Shown here one piece after another: positions 27,391 to 41,330 of a stretch of 64,000 nt of DNA (within the stretch, counting starts at the first letter, position 1; the number at the start of each line of letters is the position of its first letter). The stretch covers positions 10,044,001 to 10,108,000 of the forward strand of contig OX597821.1 in the NCBI GenBank assembly GCA_951406725.2, written 5' to 3'. Origin of the DNA: Octopus vulgaris. Its lineage: Eukaryota. Made by a program: the position numbers and the translations under genes. Under the pieces are notes generated by a model. That model had not been told where the DNA came from. It saw only the letters and a program-made list of their open reading frames with translations, and did not search any database.

Positions 27391-28359
27391 GTCATTTGCT
27401 AATTCTTGCTTTTATTTTCTCTCCTTCCATGCTTTTATTAGTTCAGCCACTGTTTTTGTTTGTTGGCTTTAAACAAATTTAGGTTAATCATGTTTTTCAG
27501 CATTTTTATGTTTTCCATTTATATTTACTACGCATACCAGCTCTAAAGAATATATTTTATAATAGATTTATAGTTGATTAAAAGATTTATAATTGTTTTT
27601 TTTACAGTTTTAATTTCCTGTTTTTGGATTTCTACAGTTGTATATCCAATCGAACGTGTATCATTATATCAGATACATTGTCATGTATACACTCAATCAA
27701 AGACAATGTGCTATTCATATATTATCAGTTTTATTTCTATATCTAATGGGAAATATAAATCACCCTTGAAGTATCAATATTAATAATCATTCATATTGTA
27801 TTAGTCGACATTAGGTTCAACTATTCGATTAAGTTGACAAACTGACACGTGCGAATCAATCTTTTCAGAGTTTAACTTCGTAGTAGAATTCTTAATGTAA
27901 TTTCAAACACAAACGCGAGACTGTCTGTTCATCAAAAATGTTATCTAAATTACGTCTGTAATGATGAATTTGTTAATGGGAGGTACCGAGAGTTTAGAAT
28001 AAGTGAATAAATACTCTACACTATTGTGGTCTCAACTACCAGTCCGGTAAACGTTGTCTCTTTATATTTATTTATATTTACAATGATCTGTTTCTCTATT
28101 GCACTCACTATTTCTTATCTTCTCGCCTTCCCCTATGTATCTCTTCTGCACACATCCTCTATTATTTCTACATTAACTTCTCTTTCACGACTTCAATTCC
28201 TCAATCCATATCTCTTTATATAGATTTATCTCTCTCTTTCTCTCATCTTCATATCATTTTTCGAACTCTGCCTCTACATTTCCATTTACATCGATCAATC
28301 GCTTTCTTTGTCTCATCTTGTCTCACTTCTTTTCCTGACTACTTCTGCTTTCTTCTCTC

Positions 28360-28572
28360 TAACTTTCTTAAAAGACAGAAACTAGGCTGTAGAAATCGAT
28401 GAAGCCCTCTCCAAGCAGACAACAGTAGCAAGTGGAGTTTCTTACGGAAGTGTCTTGGGGCCTCTGCAGTTTGTAGTAACACTTTGACCATGCCATCAAT
28501 CAGACAGCCTAACTTATTAGCTATGCCAACGACACTAATACAGTATGACCAGTAAAGGAAACTTTCGATGAT
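28360..28572 (+). mobile_element. CR1/L2-like RT fragment
   Basis: VASGVSYGSVLGPL and SYANDT (cf. SGVPQGSVLGPL / YADD). Paralogous to 29185-29392. Confidence 0.75.
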
Positions 28573-29110
<538 letters not shown>

Positions 29111-29139
29111 TATACGAATGTGATGATATGTCAAAAGCT

Positions 29140-30200
29140 ACGGTGGTTCGGCATAGGCAGAAGATTGGGAAAGTAGTTGCATGACTTCTTAAAAGACACA
29201 AACTAGGCCGTAGAAATCGATGGGGCCTTCTTCAAGCAGATAGCAGTAGCAAGTGGAGTTCCTTACGGAAGTGTATTGGGGCCTCTACCGTTTATAGTAT
29301 CACTTTGGCCATGCCATCAATTAGAGAGCCGGACGTATTAGCTATGCCAACAACACTAGTATAGTATGAGCGGTAAAGGAAACTTTCGATGATAATCTTA
29401 TGCAGAAGGATACTTTGCACAAATGACCTGAAATGAAAATAAATCAACATGCATTTTAATTTCGACCCCTCCGCTATCAGCCAGATTGTGCTAGCATATG
29501 GCAGCAAAGATGCTTTAGACGACTAAACGGACCGATAATCACTAATTTAAGTACAGTGCATGAATCACGCATTATTATCAGTAAAAAAGGATCGTTTCAT
29601 GCACATATCACTAAAATCATGTAAATCTTCAGGCGACTGGTGGGATGGATTTTGTGTAATTTCCGGAAAAGGGAACTATGTTACTTCCATGGAGGACTTT
29701 TATCATTAGGTTTCTGGACTACTGCTCTCAATTGTTATCCGATCCACTGTTCCAAATTATATGCAGAACTTGATGCATTTCGAGGATGCTGCACAAGAAC
29801 GTTTGCATCAATAATGCAGTTAAGCTTTATTATGGATGAGATGAAAAGATGGGACAGATATGCTGTGATAAATATATAGAAGATAGTATAGATTTTGAAA
29901 GCTTTGGCTTCAAGAGCTGTAACTGCCACCGGGTGGCACGTCACTACAATTTTTCAAAGCTCCTCCTAAAATGATGAACATATACTGCAATAAGTTGTAA
30001 TTCAAAGGCCCACGGTTATACCTTGGCATAACATCTCAGTGATGTACGTGGAGTATGGGTAGATATGTTCAATAAACAACTTGATCACCTGCAGTCATAG
30101 GTCCCAGATGAACCTACACTATAGCAACGAACTGAAGACACGGCAACAATATCGAATTTCTTCGTTCATCAGAGGCAAACCACAAAAGAATGACCGTCGA
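29140..30200 (+). mobile_element. CR1-like LINE 3' half, degenerate
   Basis: VASGVPYGSVLGPL and SYANNT, then L(N)CYPIHCS..AELDAF..TFASI and VPDEP near 30100. Confidence 0.7.
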
Positions 30201-30274
30201 AAATGAGATAAAACAGTCTAAGTCGTAGTGTTTGGGCTGAAGCGCATAAAACAATATATATACATATATATAAT

Positions 30275-30618
30275 GGACGGTGCTGAGTTGTCAAACATCT
30301 AAACCAAATTTTCTCAAAACGGCGTGTCCGACCGTACCATAGGCCACCCCTTTGAGAAACACTAATTTAACCTAAATTTGAGACACCAGCAAAAGAAGAA
30401 ATAAAGATACATTTTTTTCTATTCCAAAGTAAAACGATTTCCCTTGGCTTTATCAATCGCATTCTTACCTGGAATCAATTTTTGTAATTTCTTTCAAGAC
30501 GTGTACACACCCTGATACCGACGGTATCTACGTATCAAATTTGAGTGCAATCGAATGAAGGATGCCCGAGATACTAGAAGCCACACTCAGACAGACAGAA
30601 CCGATTTTATATGAGATA
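30275..30618 (-). mobile_element. Possible non-autonomous Helitron 5' portion
   Basis: Minus strand starts A|TCTCATATAAAATCGG..GTCTGTCTG, resembling the 5' end of 33094-33467. No 3' CTAG found. Confidence 0.4.
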
Positions 30619-30642
30619 CACACACACACACACACACATACA

Positions 30643-30688
<46 letters not shown>

Positions 30689-31929
30689 CACACGCACACA
30701 TATATGTATATATATGTGTGCATAGCATGTGTCTGTCTGTCTCTCTCTACATATATATATATATAGTAAATAAACAAGTCACATAACGTATACTGAGTGT
30801 ACAACAGAAATGAAGACAAACACAGAAGCTTCCTAATTCTCCAGCAGTTATCAGCCAATTTGTAATACTCATTATTCTACCGTTAATGGTAAGACTCAGG
30901 GTTCCTCATAATGGCGGTGGCTCCACCCAATTTTTTGCGGAGATTTCAGGGCGCAGGGTGGATAAAAACAAAGCAAAATAACACAGAGTTTGATTTAGGC
31001 AGTGCACAAAGCCGAACAGACGTGTAAAAAGTAAGGCCATAGGGGTCAAGAAGACAAGAATAGTCGGTAACGCTTAGAAGATATTCTAAAGTATAGAGAA
31101 CGACGGGATAGAGAATTTGTGAGTGATCACCAACGGGAGAAGTGTAAGAAAGGGAAAAAATCAGGCCACGGGTCACGTGACAGCAGCAGGCATAGCAGAA
31201 AGACAACAAGAGATAGGGAGAGTGAAAGACAGAGTAAGAGAGGAAAAGGGAAGTGATGAAAAGACTAAAAACGGGAAAAGATAAAGGCTAGAAATACAAG
31301 AGGAACAGAGAGAAAAGGGTTAAGCACAAAGGCTAGAATGACAGAGACAGTTTGAGAAAAGGTACAATAAAATGGAGTCTCTTTTGAATAATTTCAGTTT
31401 TCTCAAAAGTAAATTGAAATACATAATTTAAAATAATACTCTGAATTTCTTGTTTTAATTAATAAAGTCGACGTGGAGGGTTAAATATGTTGAAATAGAT
31501 GATATCGGCTCCATAAACACAGTGTGAAATACTTTCAATAGAAGCTATTATACAAATGACAGTAGATAAACCATAAAGGATTTCCAGTATCGGAAAATTA
31601 TCCTGTGCAAAGTAACTTTCATACATCTTTTCATTAATAAACAAAAGAATTTTTTTCAGGATCTTGAGAAGATGAGTTCTGAGAAATCTTAAAACGACGG
31701 ATATTGATTAGAAAATGTTATAATATATTTGCTGGAAACTAGTGTCCTCCAATGTCTTGTGCTTTATCACAGTTGAATGTCTTTTCACTTTTGGTATCAA
31801 GCACATCATTTTAGATATCAAGGCTTCATGGGGCTATTGAATTTATCAATAATTCAATCATATTAAGGCTTTGAAATGAAAATAAAATGTATAAACGTAA
31901 AAAGGATTTAAAGAAACTGACACAAAACA

Positions 31930-31931
<2 letters not shown>

Positions 31932-31996
<65 letters not shown>

Positions 31997-32096
31997 CATA
32001 TACATATGCATGTATACATATACATATGCATATATACATATGATTCATTGATTGATTCTAGTTTTAGCTCACGAGCTGTGGCCATGCTGGGCCACC

Positions 32097-32136
<40 letters not shown>

Positions 32137-32946
32137 ATATATATATACATATATACATATATATATATAAACATATATACATTTGTATATATATATACAT
32201 ATATACATATATGCATATATACCTATATGCATATATACATATATATATATACATATATACATATATGCATATAAACATATATGCATATATACATATATAT
32301 ATATATATATACATATATACACATATAGATATATATATATATATATACATATATACATAAACATAAATATACATATACATATATATGTACAAATATATAT
32401 ACAAATATATGTATACATATATATATATAGATATATATATACATATATATATAAATATATATACATATATATATACCTATATATACATATATATATACAT
32501 ACATATATATACATATATATATATATACATATATATATACATATATATACATATATATATACATATATATAAATATATATATACATATATGTATATTCGT
32601 ATATATAGATATATATAGATATATATATATACATATATATATACATATATATATATACATATATATTTATATATATACATATATATATACATATATATTT
32701 ACATATATATATACATAAATATATATACATATATATATACATATATATATATATATACATACATATAAATATAAATATATACATATATATACATATATAT
32801 ACATATATATATATATACATATATATACATATATATATATACATATATATACATATATATATATATGTATATACACATATATATATATAAATATATATAT
32901 ATATATTTATATAGACATATATATATATATATTCATATATATATAC

Positions 32947-32995
<49 letters not shown>

Positions 32996-33029
32996 TACAT
33001 ATATATATGCATGTATATACATATATACA

Positions 33030-33092
<63 letters not shown>
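31932..33092. repeat. ~1.1-kb degenerate (TA)n/(TACA)n tract with a 60-bp SINE-tail island at 32040-32100
   Basis: Direct reading. Confidence 0.95.
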
Positions 33093-33093
<1 letters not shown>

Positions 33094-33467
33094 CTAGCAG
33101 TATCGCCCGGCGTTGCTCGGGTTTGTAAGGGAAATAACTATAAAGCATTTTTAGAGAGTTATAGCAAAAAAATGGAAAAAAGTGATGGTAAATTTTTTTT
33201 TGAGATTTAAATAAGGTAGAGTTGCGTCCCCTACATAGTTTGTGGTTCGTATTCCTGATTCTCGACCCCATGTCGAATTTATCGATTTTTTTCAGAACTG
33301 GGGGAACTTTTCAAAATTTTCGCTGCGTTAGTTTTGAATTATGACATTGGGCTATGTGTGTGTCAAGTTTCATCAGAATCGGTTGAAAGCCGTGGTCAGG
33401 GTGAGGGTACAAGCAAACAGACACACAGAAACACGCACAGACAAACTGCCGTTTATATAGAGAGAGA
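33094..33467 (-). mobile_element. Non-autonomous Helitron
   Basis: Minus strand A|TC 5' end at 33467. 3' GC hairpin CCCGAGCAACGCCGGG, then CTAG|T at 33094. Inserted in (TA)n without a TSD. Confidence 0.85.
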
Positions 33468-33660
33468 TATACATATATATATATATATATACATATATAT
33501 ATACGTTTAAATATTTGTTTACGTTTAAATACATACATATATATACATATATATATATATATACATTTGTATATATATATATACAAATATATATATATTC
33601 TTATATATATACATATATATATAAATAACAAATTTATACATATACATATATATATATATA

Positions 33661-33707
<47 letters not shown>

Positions 33708-33709
<2 letters not shown>

Positions 33710-34476
33710 CGCTAGACGATATACCAGAAATCCCTAGTTTTGTCGGGACGTTCCGAGTCTGCGCAGTGATCTGATTAGTTAGAGAGAGTAAATCATTAGA
33801 AGCACATGCTTCTAGTGAGTTAGGATCTCAGGACAACAGGGCTCTTACCGATGAATTCTCCCTGAGCAAATAAATTATCTTTATTGCTGAAAAGAACGAA
33901 ACTGCAGTGTAAGAGGAACCGAGTTAGTAAATGTTTTTATCTTCATGTCACTAAATTTATCTAGCTTCTGTGTTCCTAGCACATATTTCGCCTTAATGTA
34001 GGGATATATGAAAAATATATGGCTTGTGCTAGAAATACCATCGATAAAAATTATTTTTATTTTATCGCAATTTGACTTGTTTACATATTTCTCGATAAAT
34101 TTTGAGCGCTAGACGATATACCAGAAATCCCTAGTTTTGTCGGGACGTTCTGAGTCTGCGCAGTGATCTGATTAGTTAGAGAGAGTAAATCATTAGAAGC
34201 ACATGCTTCTAGTGAGTTAGGATCTCAGGACAACAGGGCTCTTACCGATGAATTCTCCCTGAGCAAATAAATTATCTTTATTGCTGAAAAAGAACGAAAC
34301 TGCAGTGTAAGAGGAACCGAGTTAGTAAATGTTTTTATCTTCATGTCACTAAATTTATCTAGCTTCTGTGTTCCTAGCACATATTTCGCCTTAATGTACG
34401 GATATATGAAAAATATATGGCTTGTGCTAGAAATACCAGCGATAAAAATTATTTTTATTTTATCTCAATTTGACTT
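33708..34476. repeat. 397-bp direct tandem repeat, ~1.9 copies, bounded by (TA)n
   Basis: AGCGCTAGACGATATACC begins at 33708 and 34105. The copies are near identical. Confidence 0.95.
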
Positions 34477-34477
34477 A

Positions 34478-34565
<88 letters not shown>

Positions 34566-34590
34566 TACATACATATATATATTTATATAC

Positions 34591-34643
<53 letters not shown>

Positions 34644-34660
34644 CATATATATATATATAA

Positions 34661-34729
<69 letters not shown>

Positions 34730-35012
34730 CATATATATATATACGTTTAAATATTTGTTGTGCAAGATTTTTTATGTGAAGTCGTGTGTTGAAACAGATA
34801 TTGTTATATTTCGGAATGGTCATATTGCCAGTTTAGCCATTAAATACAAAATAGCTGACGGTTAGTAAGGAGGGACACAAATAAGCAAGAAGAGAACAAA
34901 GGACCACTGATGCGGTCACAGGAGTGTGACGAAAGAACTCTGGCCGAAATAAGATTAAGATTAATATAAAAAATAAATAACACTGAAGCAAAATAACACC
35001 AAATACATAGTG

Positions 35013-35135
<123 letters not shown>

Positions 35136-35425
35136 TGTGGAAAATTCATGCCACTGAGGTGGGTTACAAAGAGGGAATGATCGATGGTGATAAGAATATT
35201 GACAATATTCAATAATTAGTTGTGCTGGCACAGATGGGTGAGGGCGGTGCGCATTGATGCCGTCGAGAGGTAGGTCCCGAAACGTTGCGCATTGTCTCCT
35301 GATGAACCACCACATATATATTTTCTGGCTTTTTGTATCCGGAGTATCTGACTGACTGGTAGCAATTGTATGTGCAAGTTGTTTGCATAACACACACACA
35401 CACACTCACACACACACATACACAT

Positions 35426-35492
<67 letters not shown>

Positions 35493-35522
35493 TCAAAATA
35501 AACACATGATGCCAAGGATTCA

Positions 35523-35600
35523 GTGGTACATATGTTTCGGGCCTTTATTAGACGGTTTTAAAACAATGCATAACGTGTGTCTATGGCCTTCTTCAGCCGC
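35523..35600 (-). ncRNA. Type I hammerhead ribozyme (one stem I mismatch)
   Basis: GCGG-CUGAAGA-aGGCC..GGCCc-GAAA-CAUAUG-UA-CCAC on the minus strand. Confidence 0.8.
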
Positions 35601-35628
35601 GTACAATTACTACTTCAAGGACATGCAT

Positions 35629-35668
<40 letters not shown>

Positions 35669-36010
35669 GTAATACATGTCCTTGAAGTAGTATATATATG
35701 TATATATATGTGTCTTTTGTCTATTTTCATAAAGCTTCCCGTTATATATATATATATATATACATTTATGTGGAAAAAGCATGCCACTGAGGTTGGTTAC
35801 AAAGAGAGAATGATCGATGGTTATAAGTATATTGACAACATTCAATAATTAGTTGTTCTGGCACAGATGGGTGAGGGCGGTGCGCATTCTCTCCTGCTGA
35901 ACCACATATATATTTTCTGGATTCTGGTATCCGGAGTACCTGACTGACTGGTAGCAATTGCATGTGCAAGTTGTTTGCAAAACAAACACACACACACACA
36001 CACACACACA

Positions 36011-36072
<62 letters not shown>

Positions 36073-36102
36073 TCAAAATAAAAACATGATGTCAAGGATT
36101 CA

Positions 36103-36180
36103 GCGGTACATATGTTTCGGGCCTTTATTAGACGGTTTTAAAACAATGCATAATATGTGTCTATGGCCTTCTTCAGCCGC
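36103..36180 (-). ncRNA. Type I hammerhead ribozyme
   Basis: GCGG-CUGAAGA-aGGCC..GGCCc-GAAA-CAUAUG-UA-CCGC with an intact core. Confidence 0.85.
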
Positions 36181-36609
36181 GTACAATTACTACTTCAAGG
36201 ACATGTATTACATTATAAGTTTTACGTTGGGGATGGAAATCCTCATAGTTGCGTTTGACAGAGTGGGGCACCAACACAAAAACGAAGTGTCCATCCCGTC
36301 TTTCACGATGTAGAATTAGGAAGTTTGGATGTTGAGATAGAGAGGGAAGGGTTTGGGGAGTCTGAATCTTTAGTGCGTTAGGGATCACACCCTCCCTCTT
36401 TGTGATCCCTAACTCACTAAATATTCAACTCCCAACCCCTTCCCTCTCTAACTCAACATCCAAACTTCCTCATTCTACATCGAGTGAAAGGCGGGATGGA
36501 CGCTTCGTTTTTGTGTTGGTGCCCCACTCTGTCGTACGCGACTATGAGGATTTCCATCCCCAACGTAAAACTTATAATGTAATACATGTCCTTGAAGTAG
36601 TAATTGTAC

Positions 36610-36687
36610 GCGGCTGAAGAAGGCCATAGACACGCATTATGCATTGTTTTAAAACCGTCTAATAAAGGCCCGAAACATATGTACCGC
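36610..36687 (+). ncRNA. Type I hammerhead ribozyme
   Basis: Stem I GCGG/CCGC, CUGAAGA at 36614-36620, stem II GGCC/GGCC with long loop, GAAA, palindromic stem III ACAUAUGU. Predicted cut after GUA at 36683. Confidence 0.85.
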
Positions 36688-37209
36688 TGAATCCTTGGCA
36701 TCATGTTTTTATTTTGATTAATATACTCTATTACCTACACCGCTAAATGGCCTATACAGGTGCTTACAATTATATATATATATGTACATATTATATATAT
36801 ATATATTTTTTTTTTTATACATATACGCGCAGACAGACACACACACAAGCACACACACATATGTTTGTGTGTATTTATTACGAAGAAATATATAATATGT
36901 GCCTACGCATAGGTGTGTTTGTATAAGTCAATTATTAAAATCCTTGCCATATTTAAAATATTCCAAATCAATTGAAGGGAATGTCTATATCACCTCAGAA
37001 AGGAAACTATCTTCTAAAGCGCTGTGTAAACTGACGAAAATCATATGCCATAAAATATTTTGATTTTTATATCCTTTATCATGCTTCCATATCCTGAACG
37101 CTAATATATCGTCATCGAGATAAGATAGAAAATATTTCAGTGAATATCTAGTAATAAAGACCGACTATATTGGTTTACTTCATAACGTATGCCAATTATT
37201 AATAAAAAA

Positions 37210-37244
<35 letters not shown>

Positions 37245-37339
37245 ATGTTACCATGAATGATCACACTAAAACTAGATATAAAAAAGTTTTCTTTGCAATT
37301 GTTCTAAACATGACTCCTGTTATGTGAAAAGCAAGCAAA

Positions 37340-37700
37340 ACGCTAAAAATGTAAATGTTAAGACTAAAAATATAGACGTGAAAGACTAAAAGTACAAACG
37401 TAAAGTTACATGAATACTTTCGCATCTGTAGGACATCATTAATATTCAAGAGGAGACTGGCAAATTATTTGAGTTCATTAGGAGATAAAAATAAAAGATT
37501 CCAAATAAGTCGTACTAAGTTAATCTGATTTATTATGAACAGACACAAAGACTATCCCATCAGTTGGGAATTAATTTATACTGCAAAACCATAGAGACCG
37601 CGAACTTATAAATGTGACCTATATTTGGAAGTATTTTACCAAATTATTTCATCTGATATAGTGTAATAAATTGTAGACAAAAACAAGCTTTGAAAAGCTT
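37340..37700 (+). pseudogene. Penelope-like GIY-YIG endonuclease relic
   Basis: ICRTSLIFKRRLANYLSS (cf. YIG.T..FK.R..NH.SSF), KDYPISWELIYTAKP*RPRTYKCDLYLE and NCRQK. Confidence 0.7.
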
Positions 37701-38071
37701 GCAGGTGAGGGAATTCACACTTGCCCAGTAGAAATGAATAATAAACATTTAACCACATAATGTTTTGAAATAACAGACTATATATGATTATCCGACCAAA
37801 ACTTAATTTGAAGATAGTTCGCGTCTTACTTAGCGCCCAACTCTACATGATACTACGGAGAGTAGGTAAACGAAAATCTTTATACAGTTAAATAAAAGGA
37901 TATTAAGTAAAGGCCCTGAAGAATCTGCAGCCGATATTATAATAGGATGGTAATTGCAACATGTACTTTTCGGTGCAGTTGAAACATATTTTAAAATAAT
38001 TAAAGGTAATGCTATGCCACTTCGTAATAATCCTTATTAAAGTTATTGTTCATTATAAACACACACAGACA

Positions 38072-38128
<57 letters not shown>

Positions 38129-38245
38129 GGTTTAAGTAATTGAGATTCAAGTGAATTCTAATGAATTCACATGAATATGGTCCTTAACTAGGATGCACCG
38201 GAAATCTATATGGTGTTAACCATACGACAAGTGGGGTGATTACAA

Positions 38246-38481
38246 ATAGGAAGAAAGCAACAAGAATGGATTAAAATCTCGGTACAATTGTTTCGTACGA
38301 GGACATCTTTAATAAGCTACAAAAAATGCAGTAAATACAGTAAATACTGTAAATACAAAAAATGCAGTAAATACCGACGAGTACGAGCCATCTGTATTTA
38401 CTGCATTTTTTGTAGCTTATTAAAGATGTCCTCGTACGAAACAATTGTACCGAGATTTTAATACATTCTTGTTGCTTTTTT

Positions 38482-38486
<5 letters not shown>
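38246..38486. repeat. ~240-bp palindrome with ~95-bp arms
   Basis: 38246-38340 is the reverse complement of 38392-38486. The spacer contains short CAGTAAATAC repeats. Confidence 0.95.
38374..38454 (+). ncRNA. 5'-truncated hammerhead ribozyme
   Basis: CCGACGA-GUACGAG(38381-87)...CUCGUAC(38431-37)-GAAA-CAAUUG-UA-CCGAG. 7-bp stem II and palindromic stem III. The 5' strand of stem I is missing. Confidence 0.7.
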
Positions 38487-38525
<39 letters not shown>

Positions 38526-38899
38526 TATATCCGTATATATATATATTTCTGCGCGCGCTCATGTGTATGTGAGTGCATGCGTAATACTGAGCACACAGGG
38601 AGATAGTTGGGAAACAACAGAGTAATCGATATGAAATGTAGATGAGCAGATAAAAATAACTGAAAATATGTTTATCCTTAAATTAGTTTCGCCCCGAAAG
38701 ATTTATACGTATTTAACAAGATCATTAATTAATTATAGCATCAGTTTGAACTCTTACATACATTCTTTGAAACTACTACTCACTTCATACACGTAAAACA
38801 CGCACTCACATTTTCGTTGAAGATCATATAATTTGTCATTATCTTCGCCTTATTATTTTCAGACATTTATTTGTAGGTAGAATTATATCGTCTCGGTAA

Positions 38900-39500
38900 T
38901 CTCGCTCTCAAACTCTATCCTTACACTTGAATTAACATTTGGTAATTATATTTTGCACGTAGGGATTGAAACTAGTGCCAAAACTAATTTTTCTCCTATC
39001 ATACCTTGATCTTATCTCATTTATACTTTGGAGATATTTGGCACGTTTTAGCCAATGATTCATCACATCAATATACCAGATGACGCGTAAAGCCCGAGTT
39101 ATTAATTTATTTTCAGTTTTGTATTATCTGTATGACATCCATTTTCTTTCTCCTGTATCATTGTTCAATGATTTTCTTCAATACTACCTATAGCCAAGCA
39201 GGGTCCTTTTAATGATTCACTGTTTATAAAATAGAGGCCACTCTAGAATTGAAACACGTTGTCTGCCACGGCAATTATTCATACCATAACACAGTTGTTT
39301 TTTTTAAACTTTGATAGCATTTATAATGTATATTGTGTATATTGTCTAACAATTTAAATCCCCTCACTCTCTTGGTGCTATCTCCCTATAATTAATCGCA
39401 ATGTGTAAATATCACAGATAAGGTTTCTTGAATAAATTATCTGGATAATATTGAACTGATAGAAGTTTTTCTAATCATTAACTTATTATGTACTACTGTT
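38900..39500 (-). pseudogene. Possible Penelope-like RT relic
   Basis: Minus-strand remnants resemble D..SLYTNI, DNVFQF and LAIGS. Very decayed. Confidence 0.35.
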
Positions 39501-40089
39501 TTGACATGTACATTGCCGGCAGGTTTAACCTCAGATATATTGTTGATATACATAATCAGAGTCAATACATTTTCTCCCTCGTATTCTCCCTCAGATACAA
39601 AACACCCAAAATATATTTATAAGCAACAATAATCAAGAACACAAAGAAATATCAAGTGATATAAATATATCCCCTACAATCGGAAATACAGAAATATTTC
39701 CAGACAGAACTACAGTCACATAATGAGGAATAACTACGGAGTAAATGACAAAAATATAACAATAAAATACTCTGGTGCTTCAGAACTAACAAAATAAACT
39801 CAGTAAAAGTATGACATATATAGAAGAGGGTCTGTCTCATAACTGTTTGTTCCAAACGGAAAAAGATCTTCGTAAACAAATATTAAATGGTTCACAAATA
39901 TTTCACAAAGGATTAACATTTACCACAATTTGTCAAAAATCTAATATATGTGAAATAAAATGTATCATTCCAGGATTACACAGAAATATAAAAGTAGAAC
40001 AACGTGAAATATATGATGGAGAAATTATAATTGAAGTCAAAACAATTTTCAGATATATTTAAAACTTCCGATTATATAAACCATTAATG

Positions 40090-41330
40090 TCATGAAATCA
40101 AATCCAACTTTAGCATATGGCAGGATATAAACTCGATAAAAATTACTTCTATTAAAGACACCGACAGAGGAGTTTCGATTATTCTTAAGGATACTGAATA
40201 TTCCATGTATAGTTTACTGCGTATGCTGTACGACAATGTATCTCACAGCGATAAGTTAAAATTATTAGAAATACTTGCCGCCTAAGTAAACCAATACTAA
40301 ATTACATATTGAACAAGGTATTTCTCTGGACTGCTAAATTTACTTAACAATAAACTAATTAATGAAACGTGAAAAAGAGCTGAATTGTGTGAAGCTCGCC
40401 TGACGAATAGATTTAAATCTGGGGGCGATTGTAGCCCTTATAACGAATTCCATTGTCTAGGAACACTCTAGATATTCTCTTTAAGCCTTTTCTTTAACAC
40501 ATTAAATAGGAAAGATAAATATTTATATTGTCACAATTGATGATGTGAATTATGGAATCGAAGAGTGTTGATAGAAAAGTTCATTTAAGAACAGGGCCTG
40601 TAAGGAAAGGTCAGGAAAGTCTATGGGAACCAAAGTTATTTCATCGGGGTGAAAAATTAGTTATCTGATACTCTGATCTTATAATGTGTAGAATCCTCTC
40701 GAATTCTGAAGATGATATCAACTATTAATTGAAAACAAAATAAAAATAAATACAAATAAAAACAATTGTTTTATTTTAAGAAGCAATTCTTCATAGCATG
40801 TAGCAATTTCAAAATCTCATCGCCAACATAAACATTTTCATCCAATTCAGTAACGACAAGCTACAACTCTCAGATATATTACTAGCCGAAAGGAAGATAA
40901 TACTAAACAAAGACATATTTTAAATACCTTCCTTTTACATGATTTCAGCCTTAAACACACCCGAGAACATCACCCATACAATTTTTCAAAGCAATCTGCA
41001 AAACTATCTCCAACACAAAATGACGGGATCACCGACTACAAGAGATGTAAAAGAAAGCTTTTCACACGAAAATGCCAATGAATTTCATCAACTATCGAAT
41101 TCAGAAAGCAATTGAAATTAAGATACTGAAGCTTCGAGCAACAAAATACAGAAAGGAAATAATTATGGTTCTATCCATTTCATCATCAACAAAAAGACCA
41201 CTGAATACTTCCCTCACATCTGTATAAAACTACCAAAAATGTTACAGGACAAGGTTATTAAAATATCTCTTCCACAAATACCCAGTCACAAAAACTATTT
41301 ATGCAATTTGCAACCGATGAAACAGTTCAG
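40090..41330 (+). pseudogene. Penelope-like RT relic
   Basis: IKDTDRGVSIILKDTEY (cf. IK.ADKG..VV.D..Y), LDILFKPFL*HIK and a YLPFT..P.HT..PYN..AIC thumb region near 40920-41010. Confidence 0.65.

Larger units (their letters stand above)
36065..36724. repeat. ~660-bp palindrome (arms 36065-36389 and 36401-36724, 11-nt loop), Penelope pLTR-like
   Basis: The arms are reverse complements with centre GGGATCACA-ccctccctctt-TGTGATCCC. Each arm carries an HHR. Confidence 0.95.

Noticed and set aside
34795-34850. Minus-strand CTAAACT...CCGAAATATA in a TA-flanked module
   Set aside because: Three core positions deviate and the stems are unconvincing.
36065-36724. About six A/G differences between the hairpin arms as a possible retrotransposed ADAR-editing signature
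   Set aside because: Four are at CpG sites, and the third copy (35510) shows C is ancestral at a non-CpG site. C-to-T decay of the left arm explains them more simply.
38675-38750. Minus-strand CTGATGC...GCGAAACTAAT, and similarly CTGAACA...GAAACGGCTA at 53687-53765
   Set aside because: Plausibly decayed HHRs, but stems cannot be built from these copies.
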